From Candidatus Brocadiia bacterium (lineage in GTDB: Bacteria; Planctomycetota; Brocadiia; CAIUPP01), in contig JBKQWE010000035.1 of assembly GCA_052139675.1 (NCBI GenBank), positions 6,906 to 70,905 of the forward strand: 64,000 bases of DNA, written 5' to 3'. The notes under the pieces are model-generated. The model saw only the letters and a list, made by a program, of their open reading frames with translations, was not told the origin of the DNA and did no database searches. This document shows, one piece after another, positions 46,802 through 55,262 of the stretch (position 1 is its first letter; each line of letters starts with the position of its first letter). The translations under genes were made by a program, and so were the position numbers.

Positions 46802-47317
46802 CTACGCCCAGAAATCCTCCTCGGCCGGCGGCGTGCCTTCGAGCGACCGCCACGCGAAGCCGCCGCCGAGCAGGACCAGCTCGTCCTGGATCAGCCGCGC
46901 GTGCCGCGTTTCCTGCTCGGCCAGGCTCTCGAAGAGCTTGCGCACGGCGGCCTTCCGGCAGCGCGCGGCGCAGCGGCGATAGAAACTCTCCGAGTCCTTC
47001 TCCGCCTCCAGCGCCAGCCGGAGCGACGCCTCCGGCGTGTCGTCGTGCGGGAACCCGGCCACCTCCGCGCGGGAGATCGGCGTGCGCCGAAGTTTCGCGG
47101 GGCGCGTCAGCCCCTGGATCGCCTTGCCGAGCAGCCGCGCGTGCTCGCGCTCCTCCTCGGCGAGGTAGCGCAGCTTGGCGCCCGTCAGGCGGCTCTTCGC
47201 CTGGGCGGCCATCCGCGTGTAACGCCTCAGCGCGCCCTGCTCCATGCGCAATGCGAAGGAAAGCACTTCATACGGGCCGGCCTCCGCGACCCAGCCCCAG
47301 ATGTTGCGCGCGCTCAT
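46802..47317 (-). CDS. Ferritin-like / rubrerythrin-like protein, a paralog of the neighbouring gene.
   Basis: MEQGALRRY...EEEREHARLL and EKDSESFYRR...EQETRHARLI pairs are present. It overlaps the dapF stop by 4 bp. Confidence 0.65.
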   Translation of the reverse strand: MSARNIWGWVAEAGPYEVLSFALRMEQGALRRYTRMAAQAKSRLTGAKLRYLAEEEREHARLLGKAIQGLTRPAKLRRTPISRAEVAGFPHDDTPEASLRLALEAEKDSESFYRRCAARCRKAAVRKLFESLAEQETRHARLIQDELVLLGGGFAWRSLEGTPPAEEDFWA

Positions 47318-48165
47318 GATTTCGTCTCCTCATCTCGAAGCTCGCCGGTATACACGATCCGCGCGGGGCCGGCGATCCGCACCGGGCCTTCGCCGCGCCA
47401 TTCGCCGGCCATTCGGCCGCCCCGCGTGACCACCTCGATCCGATCGCCGGTCAGGCCGAGCGTCCGCCCGATCGCGGCCGCGGCGGCCACGCCGCTTCCG
47501 CAACTGAACGTCTCGCCGACGCCGCGTTCCCAGATGCGCATGTGGACGCGCTCGCGCCCTTCCGTGCGGCACCAGAGGACGCTCGTCCGCTTGGGGAAAA
47601 GCGCGTGGCACTCGAGCCGCGGGCTGACTTCCTGGAAAACGCGCTCCTCCACGTCCGTCTCGCCGAAGATCGCCGTGTGCGCCGTGCCGGTGGAAACGCA
47701 CGAGATTGCGAACGTGCGGCCGGCGATCTCGAGCGGGTGCCGCAGGACGGCCTTTCCGGGCAACAGGACCGGAATCGCCGCCGGATCGAACTGCGGAACG
47801 AGCACGGCGATTTCGACATCGAAGGCGCCCCGGCCCAGCGGGCGCACCCGGGCTTCGTGCCGGCCGAGCGGCGTGAGCAGCACCGGGTGGCTTTCCTCGT
47901 CCGCCTCGGGCCCGGCGAGGTACGCGGCGGCGCACCGTAGCCCGTTCCCGCAGAAGTCCTCCGTCCCGTCCGGGTTGAACATCCGCATCAGCGGCGGTCC
48001 GCGCCGGCCGCCCTCGAGCGTCAGCAGCCCGTCTCCGCCCACGCCGCGATGCCGGTCGCACAGGCGGATGGCCAGCGAGGGCGCGTCCGTCACCGCCGCC
48101 TGGCGGGCGTCCACCAGCACCAGGTCATTCCCGCCCGCCTCGACCTTGATGAAATCAAGCGGCAT
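47314..48165 (-). CDS. dapF: Diaminopimelate epimerase.
   Basis: Contains FIKVEAGGNDLVLVD, ...RLCDRHRGVGGDGL... and ...ETFSCGSGVAAAAA with the catalytic Cys (GNGxRC / SCGSG). Confidence 0.85.
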   Translation of the reverse strand: MPLDFIKVEAGGNDLVLVDARQAAVTDAPSLAIRLCDRHRGVGGDGLLTLEGGRRGPPLMRMFNPDGTEDFCGNGLRCAAAYLAGPEADEESHPVLLTPLGRHEARVRPLGRGAFDVEIAVLVPQFDPAAIPVLLPGKAVLRHPLEIAGRTFAISCVSTGTAHTAIFGETDVEERVFQEVSPRLECHALFPKRTSVLWCRTEGRERVHMRIWERGVGETFSCGSGVAAAAAIGRTLGLTGDRIEVVTRGGRMAGEWRGEGPVRIAGPARIVYTGELRDEETKS

Positions 48166-48175
48166 CAGTCACCTC

Positions 48176-48265
48176 GCAGAGTAGACGATGGAGGACCGAC
48201 GATGGACGATGGTTCGCAGAGCGCCTATCGTGCATCGTCCATCGTCTATCGTCCATCGTCCCCTC
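48176..48265. repeat. Hairpin repeat built from GACGATGGAC iterations (GACGATGGAC family, best copy).
   Basis: GTAGACGATGGAGGACCGACGATGGACGATGG, a 13-nt loop, then TATCGTGCATCGTCCATCGTCTATCGTCCATCGTC. Forward units and their reverse complements form a roughly 35-bp stem. Confidence 0.7.
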
Positions 48266-50426
48266 CGTTCACCAGCGGCTCCAGCCTGAACGTCGCGGTC
48301 CGGCGGACGCGCTGGAACCATCGGCCCGTCGGATCGAGCGCGGGGAACCACCACGCCGACGGGCGCAGGTCCGCGTGCGGCAGCCCTTCCGAGGCGAGCA
48401 GCGCGTTGCGCACGAGCTGGAGCCGCGCCTTTTCCGCCGCGCGCTCGACGCTGAGCAGCAGCCGCCGCGCCGAGGCGGCCCTGCGCCCGCGTTCGAGCGC
48501 CAGCAGCCGCGCCGCGATCTCGCCGCGTTTCTCGCGGAGCCGGCTTAGTTCCTTCTGCTTCGCCTCGAGCGAGAGCAGCAGCGCTCCGCCTTCGCGCTGG
48601 GCCTCGGCGTATTCCGCGCCGAGCCGCGCCCGTTCGCCCGCGGGTGCGTGGGCCGGCAGGTCCGCCAGCTTCCACTTCAGCGGCCGGATTCGCTCGCGGC
48701 TCATTGCGCCGCGCCGCGTCTCGAGCATCCGGATCTCCGCCACCGCGCTGTCCTCGCGCGCGCGCAGGTCCTGCGCCTTGTGCCGCAGCGCGTCCGCCTG
48801 GCGCTGAATCTTCAGGAGGAGCGCGTTGGCCGCGGCGCACTGGCGCAGCCGCCGGAACCAGCCCGCGTGCTGGTCGTCGGCCAGGTAACGCACCAGGTCG
48901 CACGCGCCCGCCACGCCTTTGAGCTCGCGCAGCAGCCGCTGCTGCTCCTTGACGGCGCTCCGCCAGCGCCGGCCGAACTCCCTGCAGTCCAGCGCCGGCT
49001 TGCCGAACGCCTGCGCGAGATGCTCCGGCAGCCGCAGCGCCGCGCCGCAGACCGACAGTGAATCCCACGTGCGCAGGCGCATGCGAAGGATCGGGTGCGC
49101 GCGGACGCGCACGCCGCCTTCGCCCATCGCCGCCAGCATCTGCTGCGTGCGCGGGAGGTACGCCGAGCCGGTCTCGGCGAAGACCATCACGAACTCGGCC
49201 GAGAGCATCGCGGGCAGGACGAGCGCCTTGCCCAGGAGCGCGACTTCGCCGCCGAGCGCGTCTTCGAGGATCTCCGCGAGCTTTCGCACGTCGCGCACCG
49301 GCTCGGCCAGCGGCCATTGGACCGGCTGGCGGAAATCCACCGCGACGAACGCGGGCCCGACGCGCAGCGTGCCGCGACCGCGGCCGGGCGCATAGACGTC
49401 GAACGGCAGCGCGCCTTCGCCGGACGCGGCCAATCGGGCCGTCGCCGATTCCCCGGCGGCGACATCGTAAGCGGCGCGGCAGGCGGCGGACTCCGCCTCG
49501 TTCAGGAAGTGCGCGGCGAACTGGAACCGCGGCAGGTCGGCCGTTCGGCGGTTAAACGCCAGCAGCTCGCGCGCGCCGGCAATGGTGACGTTGGGCGGCA
49601 GCGCGCTCTCCGTCCCGCTCTGCGGTTCGGAGCGGGGCAGGAAGCCTTCGTAGAAACCGCGAAGCATGCGCGTATAGAGCTCGCCGACGGAGCCCGCAGG
49701 GCGTTCAGCGATGAATTGTTTCACCGCTTCCGCAATGCAGGCGATCGTTGCGCGGACGGACTTCCGGTCCTGCGGCCGGACCAGGACCGCCTGCGTCCCG
49801 CGCGAGGCCCATTCGAGGAGTTCCAGGAGCGCGGGCTCGACCTCGCGCGCGGGCGTGTCGCAGACGACGGAGTCCGGCCCGTTGCCGACGATGCCGCGCC
49901 AGCCGAAGGCCTCGGTGATCCTGTCCAGCATCGCCTGCCGGGCGTGGCCTTCGGGCAGGAGCCGGTCAAGCCGCACTCCGGCCTCGGCCAGCGCCTGGCG
50001 CGTCGGCCACACCTCGGCGCCGAAGAGCGCGGAAATCTCGCCCGCCGCGATCCACGCGTCGCGCGTCGTGCCGTCGTTCCGAGGAACGATCTGCCACGCC
50101 GCCCGGGAGAGCGGCGACCGCACGCGGGAGAAATAGTCGAGGTCATGAATGCCGACGATCATCGGCCGGGCGAAGGCGGAAGCGACGACCGCCTTCATCG
50201 GCTCGTCCCAGAGCGGTGTCTGCCCGAGCGCCAGCAGCGGCGCTCCGGGCGCGACGCGGTCGAGCTCGCGCGAGATTTCGCGGGGCGATGCCGCCTCGTG
50301 CGTTTTGGCTGGATTTATTGCCCGCGCGCCCATGCATTCAGCATGAGGGAAACGGCAGAGAAATGCAAGTCCGCCAAAGCCCGGCGCGGCGCCTGCAAGA
50401 TTCCTCGCCGTTCGGCCCTGAGCCAT
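48246..50426 (-). CDS. Large conserved hypothetical protein of about 700 aa with a C-terminal coiled-coil segment.
   Basis: The N-terminal 550 aa have non-repetitive composition, and the C-terminal 150 aa are R/A/L/E-rich and helical. The last 4 codons run into a GACGATGGAC hairpin repeat. The start is uncertain (50426 or 50333). Confidence 0.5.
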   Translation of the reverse strand: MAQGRTARNLAGAAPGFGGLAFLCRFPHAECMGARAINPAKTHEAASPREISRELDRVAPGAPLLALGQTPLWDEPMKAVVASAFARPMIVGIHDLDYFSRVRSPLSRAAWQIVPRNDGTTRDAWIAAGEISALFGAEVWPTRQALAEAGVRLDRLLPEGHARQAMLDRITEAFGWRGIVGNGPDSVVCDTPAREVEPALLELLEWASRGTQAVLVRPQDRKSVRATIACIAEAVKQFIAERPAGSVGELYTRMLRGFYEGFLPRSEPQSGTESALPPNVTIAGARELLAFNRRTADLPRFQFAAHFLNEAESAACRAAYDVAAGESATARLAASGEGALPFDVYAPGRGRGTLRVGPAFVAVDFRQPVQWPLAEPVRDVRKLAEILEDALGGEVALLGKALVLPAMLSAEFVMVFAETGSAYLPRTQQMLAAMGEGGVRVRAHPILRMRLRTWDSLSVCGAALRLPEHLAQAFGKPALDCREFGRRWRSAVKEQQRLLRELKGVAGACDLVRYLADDQHAGWFRRLRQCAAANALLLKIQRQADALRHKAQDLRAREDSAVAEIRMLETRRGAMSRERIRPLKWKLADLPAHAPAGERARLGAEYAEAQREGGALLLSLEAKQKELSRLREKRGEIAARLLALERGRRAASARRLLLSVERAAEKARLQLVRNALLASEGLPHADLRPSAWWFPALDPTGRWFQRVRRTATFRLEPLVNGGDDGR

Positions 50427-50524
50427 TCGACAGGCTCATGGCCGTGAGCAGAGTCGAACGGCTCACGGCCGAAGGGCTCCGCCCTGAATGACGCGGCACT
50501 GGACAACCTACGTCCGCGAAGCCT

Positions 50525-50549
50525 GACTAGATACGTATCGTATCTAGTC
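50525..50549. promoter_or_regulatory. Perfect AT-rich palindrome GACTAGATACG-TAT-CGTATCTAGTC in a 437-bp noncoding region.
   Basis: Two 11-bp arms are perfectly complementary around a 3-nt centre. The AT content is atypical for this genome. It lies about 100 bp upstream of the large hypothetical gene (minus strand) and downstream of fabF. Confidence 0.4.
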
Positions 50550-50863
50550 GGCGGCCAAGGCCCTGCGGACGCTCATCGTGATGCGGACGCGCCGCGCCGC
50601 ATGAAGGAAAGCTGAGCGAGAATCTCGAACGCGGCGCGGCGGCAGCGCTCCGATTTCGAATGCCGCGATGCAGGTCTGAGCCATAGCATGCCTCGCGCCA
50701 GGCTACGGGGTTGCCTACCGCTATATCCCGGCGCAGTATACCGTACTGAAGTATACTCTTTGGAAGGATAGTGAAAGGCTGCATCGCCGGCCATGTGCGT
50801 GAAGCGACAACTGAGGCTGAGCGCAATCGCGGAAGCAACGTGTTTGGGCCGGAGCGCGAGGGC

Positions 50864-52111
50864 TCAGCCGTTGAACTTGCCGAGGAGCAGCGTGCCGTTG
50901 TGGCCGCCGAAGCCGAAGGAGTTGCTGATGGCCTTGAAGACCGGGACCTGGCGCGGCTGGTTGGGGACGTAGTCGAGGTCGCAGTCCGGGTCGGGCGTCG
51001 TGTAGTTGATCGTGGGATGGATGATGTCGCGGTGCAGGCTCAGCACGGTGGCGACGAGCTCGACTCCGCCGGACGCGCCGAGAAGGTGGCCGATCATGGA
51101 TTTGGTGGAGCTGATGGCGACCTTGCGCGCCGAGTCGCCGAAGGCGATCTTGACCGAGGCCGTCTCCGCCTTGTCGCCGAGCGGCGTGGAAGTGCCGTGC
51201 GCGTTGATGTACGTGATTTCACTCGGGTTGGTGCGGCCATCCTGCAAGGCGGCGGTCATGGCGCGGGCCGGGCCGCGGCCGCTGGGGTCCGGCTCGACGA
51301 TGTGCGTGCCGTCGCCGGACATGCCGAAGCCGAGGAACTCGGCGTAGATGCGCGCGCCGCGCTTGCGGGCGTGCTCGAGCTCTTCGAGGACGACGACGCC
51401 GGCGCCTTCGCCCATGACGAAGCCGTCGCGGTCCTTGTCGAACGGGCGCGAGGCCTTCTCCGGCTCGTCGTTGCGCGTCGAGAGGGCCTTGGCGGAGCAG
51501 AACCCGGCCATGCCCAGCGGCGTGATGGCGGCCTCGCTGCCGCCGGTGAGGATCACGTCGGCGCCGCCGGACCGAAGGGTGGCGAAGGCGATGCCGATGG
51601 AGTGGCTGCTCGAGGCGCAGGCGGTCGTGGCGCAGAGGTTCGGCCCCTGCAGGCCGTAGTGGATGGAGACCTGGCCGGCGCAGGCGTTGCCCATGAGCTT
51701 GGGGACCAGGAACGGGCTGACGCGCGTCGGGCCGCGTTCGAGAAGGCGCTTGTGCTGCTCCTCGATCTCGATCAGCCCGCCGATGCCGGTGCCGATGATG
51801 ACGCCGCACCGCGTGCGGTCTTCCCGCTGGAAGTCCAGCCCGGAATCCTGCACCGCCTGCATCGCGGCGACGAGGCCCATCTGCGAGAAGCGGTCCATCC
51901 GGTCCGTGGTCCGCTTGTCGAGCCAGCGGCGCGGATCGAACTGCGGGATCTCGCCGGCGATCTTGCAGGTGAAGCCGGTCGTGTCGAAGCCGGCGATCGG
52001 CCGGACGCCGGACTTCCCGGCGAGCAGCGAACTCCAGTACGTCTCGACGTCCAGACCGATGGAACTGATGACGCCCAGCCCGGTGACGACGACTCTGCGT
52101 TCCACGCCCAA
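50864..52111 (-). CDS. fabF: Beta-ketoacyl-ACP synthase II.
   Basis: Carries ...ATTACASSSHSI (active-site Cys), ...NAHGTSTPLGD (His) and ...GHLLGASG (His). The start is TTG behind AAGGAGA. Confidence 0.9.
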   Translation of the reverse strand: MGVERRVVVTGLGVISSIGLDVETYWSSLLAGKSGVRPIAGFDTTGFTCKIAGEIPQFDPRRWLDKRTTDRMDRFSQMGLVAAMQAVQDSGLDFQREDRTRCGVIIGTGIGGLIEIEEQHKRLLERGPTRVSPFLVPKLMGNACAGQVSIHYGLQGPNLCATTACASSSHSIGIAFATLRSGGADVILTGGSEAAITPLGMAGFCSAKALSTRNDEPEKASRPFDKDRDGFVMGEGAGVVVLEELEHARKRGARIYAEFLGFGMSGDGTHIVEPDPSGRGPARAMTAALQDGRTNPSEITYINAHGTSTPLGDKAETASVKIAFGDSARKVAISSTKSMIGHLLGASGGVELVATVLSLHRDIIHPTINYTTPDPDCDLDYVPNQPRQVPVFKAISNSFGFGGHNGTLLLGKFNG

Positions 52112-52133
52112 ATGATCTCCTTCCGCGAGCGCG

Positions 52134-52400
52134 TCAGACGCTCTTCTGGCTCTTGTTGCCGGCGTGTTCCTGGACGTACTTGATCGCATCGCCGATGGTG
52201 ACGATCTTCTGGGCCTCTTCCTCGGGGATGCTCACGTCGAACTCATCCTCGATGTCCATCATCAGCTCGACCGTATCGAGGCTGTCGGCGCCGAGGTCGT
52301 TGACGAACGACTTCTCCGGCGCGATTTCCTCCTTCGGCTTGTCCATCTTCTCGGCGACGATCTCGATGATCCTCTCGGCAATCGCATTCTTGTCAGCCAC
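52134..52400 (-). CDS. acpP: Acyl carrier protein.
   Basis: LGADSLDTVELMM is the phosphopantetheine-attachment DSL motif. The product is 88 aa. Confidence 0.9.
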   Translation of the reverse strand: MADKNAIAERIIEIVAEKMDKPKEEIAPEKSFVNDLGADSLDTVELMMDIEDEFDVSIPEEEAQKIVTIGDAIKYVQEHAGNKSQKSV

Positions 52401-52420
52401 AGTCTCGTCTCCTTTCTAAC

Positions 52421-53173
52421 TTACATTCCCATGCCGCCATCCACATGCAGCACGTGACCGGTGATATACCCGGCTTCCTCGGTCGCGAGGAAGAGCGCGG
52501 CGCCGGCGATGTCCGCCGGCTCACTCAAGCGGCGCAGAGGGATCATGGACATGATCGCCTCCTTTGCCTTGTCCGGCAGTTTATCGGTCATGGCGGTCTT
52601 GACGTAGCCCGGCGCGATGGCGTTGACGGTGATGTTGCGCGACGCCAGCTCCCGGGCCGCCGACTTGGTCAGCCCGATCAGGCCCGCCTTGCTCGCCGAA
52701 TAGTTGCACTGGCCGGCGTTCCCGATGACGCCGACGACCGATGCGATGTTGACGATCCGTCCGCTCGGCTGCTTCAGCATATATCGAGCCGCCGCCCGAG
52801 TGCAAATGAAGGCGCCGCGCAAGTTGATGCCGAGCACCTTGTCCCACTCCTCATCGGTCATCCGCAGCAGCAGGTTGTCGCGCGTGATCCCGGCGTTGTT
52901 GACGAGGATGTCAATCGAGCCGAAGGCCGTCGCAATCTCCTTCATGAGCGCGGTGATCTGCTCGCCGCTGGTCACGTCGGCCACGTAGCCCTCGGCGCGC
53001 GCGCCGGTGGCCGAGATCGCGGCGGCGGTCGCCTTGACCTCCTCCATCACGTCGAGCAGCGCGCAACTCGCGCCGGCGTCGGCGAAGGTCTGCGCGATGA
53101 CCTGCCCGATCCCGCGCGCTCCGCCGGTGATGACGGCCGTCTTGCCCTTCAACGGGCTCGCTTCTCTGCGCAC
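52421..53173 (-). CDS. fabG: 3-oxoacyl-ACP reductase.
   Basis: Shows LKGKTAVITGGARGIG, NNAG and YSASKAG (YxxxK). The start is GTG at 53171-53173 behind AAGGAGG. Confidence 0.9.
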   Translation of the reverse strand: MRREASPLKGKTAVITGGARGIGQVIAQTFADAGASCALLDVMEEVKATAAAISATGARAEGYVADVTSGEQITALMKEIATAFGSIDILVNNAGITRDNLLLRMTDEEWDKVLGINLRGAFICTRAAARYMLKQPSGRIVNIASVVGVIGNAGQCNYSASKAGLIGLTKSAARELASRNITVNAIAPGYVKTAMTDKLPDKAKEAIMSMIPLRRLSEPADIAGAALFLATEEAGYITGHVLHVDGGMGM

Positions 53174-53192
53174 GACTTCCTCCTTATTCCTG

Positions 53193-53220
53193 CTCCGCAC
53201 TCCGCAGTCCGCACTCCGCA
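53193..53220. repeat. Tandem heptamer (CCGCAST x4) in the fabD-fabG intergenic leader.
   Basis: CCGCACTCCGCAGTCCGCACTCCGCAC lies between the fabD stop and the fabG RBS. Confidence 0.4.
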
Positions 53221-53221
53221 C

Positions 53222-54160
53222 TCAGACGTCCAGCCCCGACTTCAGCGCCTCAACGGTCGAGACGTTCGCGACTTTGCAGTCCGGCGCAATGCGCTTCATC
53301 AGGCCCGTGAGGACTTTTCCCGGGCCGACCTCGACGAACCGCGTGCAGCCGTCCTCGATCAGCCGCCGGACGGACTGGCTCCAGAGCACCGGGCTCTTCA
53401 CCTGCCGCGCCAGCGCGATGCGGATCTCGCCCGGCTGGCGCACCGGCGCGGCGGTAACGTTCGCGATCACCGGGATCGCGCACGGCTTTATCGGCGCGCC
53501 GTTCAGCTCCACCTGCAAGCGCTCCGCGGCCGGCTCCATCAGCGGCGAATGGAACGCGCCGCTCACCGCCAGCGGCAGCACGCGCTTCGCCTTGCGTTCC
53601 CGGGCCAGCTCCGCCACGCGTGCGACCGCTTCGCGCGTTCCGGACACGACCACCTGGCCGGGACTGTTGAAGTTCGCCGCGACGACCATTCCGACTTCGC
53701 GCGCCTGCGCGCACAGCGCTTCGACGACCTCGTCGTCGAGTCCCAGCACGCTGGCCATCGCGCCCGGGTTCTGCGCGCACGCCTCTTCCATGAACCGGCC
53801 GCGCTGCTGCACCAGCCGCAGGGCGTCCGCGAACTCCAGCGCGCCGGCCATCACGAGGGCGGAATACTCGCCGAGGCTGAGTCCGGCGGCCTCGGAGCAC
53901 TCCTTGACCCGGTCGGGCCGCGCCTCGCGCAGCGCGGCCACGATCGCGGCGCTCACGGTCAGGATCGCCGGCTGGCTGATCGAGGTGCGGTCCAGCTCGG
54001 CCTGCGGCCCGTTGAAGCATACCGCCGCGACATCCCAGCCCAGAACCTGCCCGGCCTGCTCAAAGACGCGCGCGGCGGACGGAAACGCCTCCGCGAAGTC
54101 GCGTCCCATGCCGACCGTCTGCGCGCCCTGTCCCGGAAAAAGAAACGCAAGTCGGGCCAT
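53222..54160 (-). CDS. fabD: Malonyl-CoA:ACP transacylase.
   Basis: FLFPGQGAQ, GLSLGEY (active-site Ser) and ...SGAFHS are present. Confidence 0.9.
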   Translation of the reverse strand: MARLAFLFPGQGAQTVGMGRDFAEAFPSAARVFEQAGQVLGWDVAAVCFNGPQAELDRTSISQPAILTVSAAIVAALREARPDRVKECSEAAGLSLGEYSALVMAGALEFADALRLVQQRGRFMEEACAQNPGAMASVLGLDDEVVEALCAQAREVGMVVAANFNSPGQVVVSGTREAVARVAELARERKAKRVLPLAVSGAFHSPLMEPAAERLQVELNGAPIKPCAIPVIANVTAAPVRQPGEIRIALARQVKSPVLWSQSVRRLIEDGCTRFVEVGPGKVLTGLMKRIAPDCKVANVSTVEALKSGLDV

Positions 54161-54269
54161 GATATCCTTAAAGTCAGAAGTGCGAACGATGAGCGAAGAA
54201 GTACAAGAGGGGCGCGCAAGCGCTCCCGTTCATCAGTCATCGCTCATCATTCATACTTCGCAGTTCCCC

Positions 54270-55262
54270 TCACCACCGCACGACCGCCGAACTCCAGGAC
54301 AGCCCGCCGCCGAAGGCCACGAACACCACGATGTCGCCGCGCTGGATCCGGCCCTTGCGGACCGCCTCGTCGAGCGCGATCGGCACCGACGCGGCCGAGG
54401 TGTTGCCGTAGCGGTCTATATTCGTATAGATCTTGTCCATGCCGACGCCCAGGCGCTCCGCGGCGGCCTGCAGGATGCGGCTGTTGACTTGGTGCGGGAC
54501 GATCAGCGCGACGTCGTCCATCGTGAGGCCGGAGCGCGTGAGCGCGCTCTCGACGAGCTCGGCCATCTTGACGACGGCGAAGCGGAACGTCTCGCGGCCG
54601 TTGATCTGCATGAAATGGAGGCGCTTGCGGACGGTCTCCTCGGTGGCCGGGGCCGCGGAGCCGCCGGCGGGCAGCTTCATGAAGTCGCCGCCGGAGCCGT
54701 CCACGCCGCAGTCGGAGGCGAGCACGCCGCGCCCGTCGGTCGCCGCCCGCAGCACGGCGGCGCCCGCGCCGTCGCCGAACAGGATGCAGGAGCTGCGGTC
54801 GGTGTAATCGGTGATGCGCGTGAGCGTCTCGGCGCCGACGACCAGGACGGTCTGGCCCGGGTCGGCCTCGATGAGCCGCGCGCCGACGATCAGGCTGTAG
54901 AGGAACCCGGCGCAGGCGGCGGAAAGATCGAATCCGCCGGTGGCCTTCGCGCCGATCTTCTGCTGGATCATGCAGGCGGTCGAGGGGAAAAGGTAGTCGG
55001 GCGTGATCGTGGCGACGATGAGGAGCGTGACCTCCTCGGGGCGGACCTTCGCCTCGGCCAGGGCGCGGCGGCAGGCCTCGGCGCCGAGGTCGCTGGTGAC
55101 CTGCCCTTCCGAGACGATGCGCCGCTCGCGAATGCCGGTGCGCGTGAAGATCCACTCGTCGGTCGTGTCCACCATCTTCTCGAGGTCGAAGTTGGTGAGC
55201 ACGCGATCCGGCACGTAGGAGCCGGTCCCGATGATCGCCGCCCTGACGCGTGGCTCGCTCAT
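54270..55262 (-). CDS. fabH: 3-oxoacyl-ACP synthase III.
   Basis: Starts MSEPRVRAAIIGTGSYVPDR. ...LSAACAGF (active-site Cys), ...VPHQVN (His) and ...GNTSAAS (Asn) follow. The upstream 186 codons of ORF 54270..55820 are noise over plsX. Confidence 0.9.
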   Translation of the reverse strand: MSEPRVRAAIIGTGSYVPDRVLTNFDLEKMVDTTDEWIFTRTGIRERRIVSEGQVTSDLGAEACRRALAEAKVRPEEVTLLIVATITPDYLFPSTACMIQQKIGAKATGGFDLSAACAGFLYSLIVGARLIEADPGQTVLVVGAETLTRITDYTDRSSCILFGDGAGAAVLRAATDGRGVLASDCGVDGSGGDFMKLPAGGSAAPATEETVRKRLHFMQINGRETFRFAVVKMAELVESALTRSGLTMDDVALIVPHQVNSRILQAAAERLGVGMDKIYTNIDRYGNTSAASVPIALDEAVRKGRIQRGDIVVFVAFGGGLSWSSAVVRW

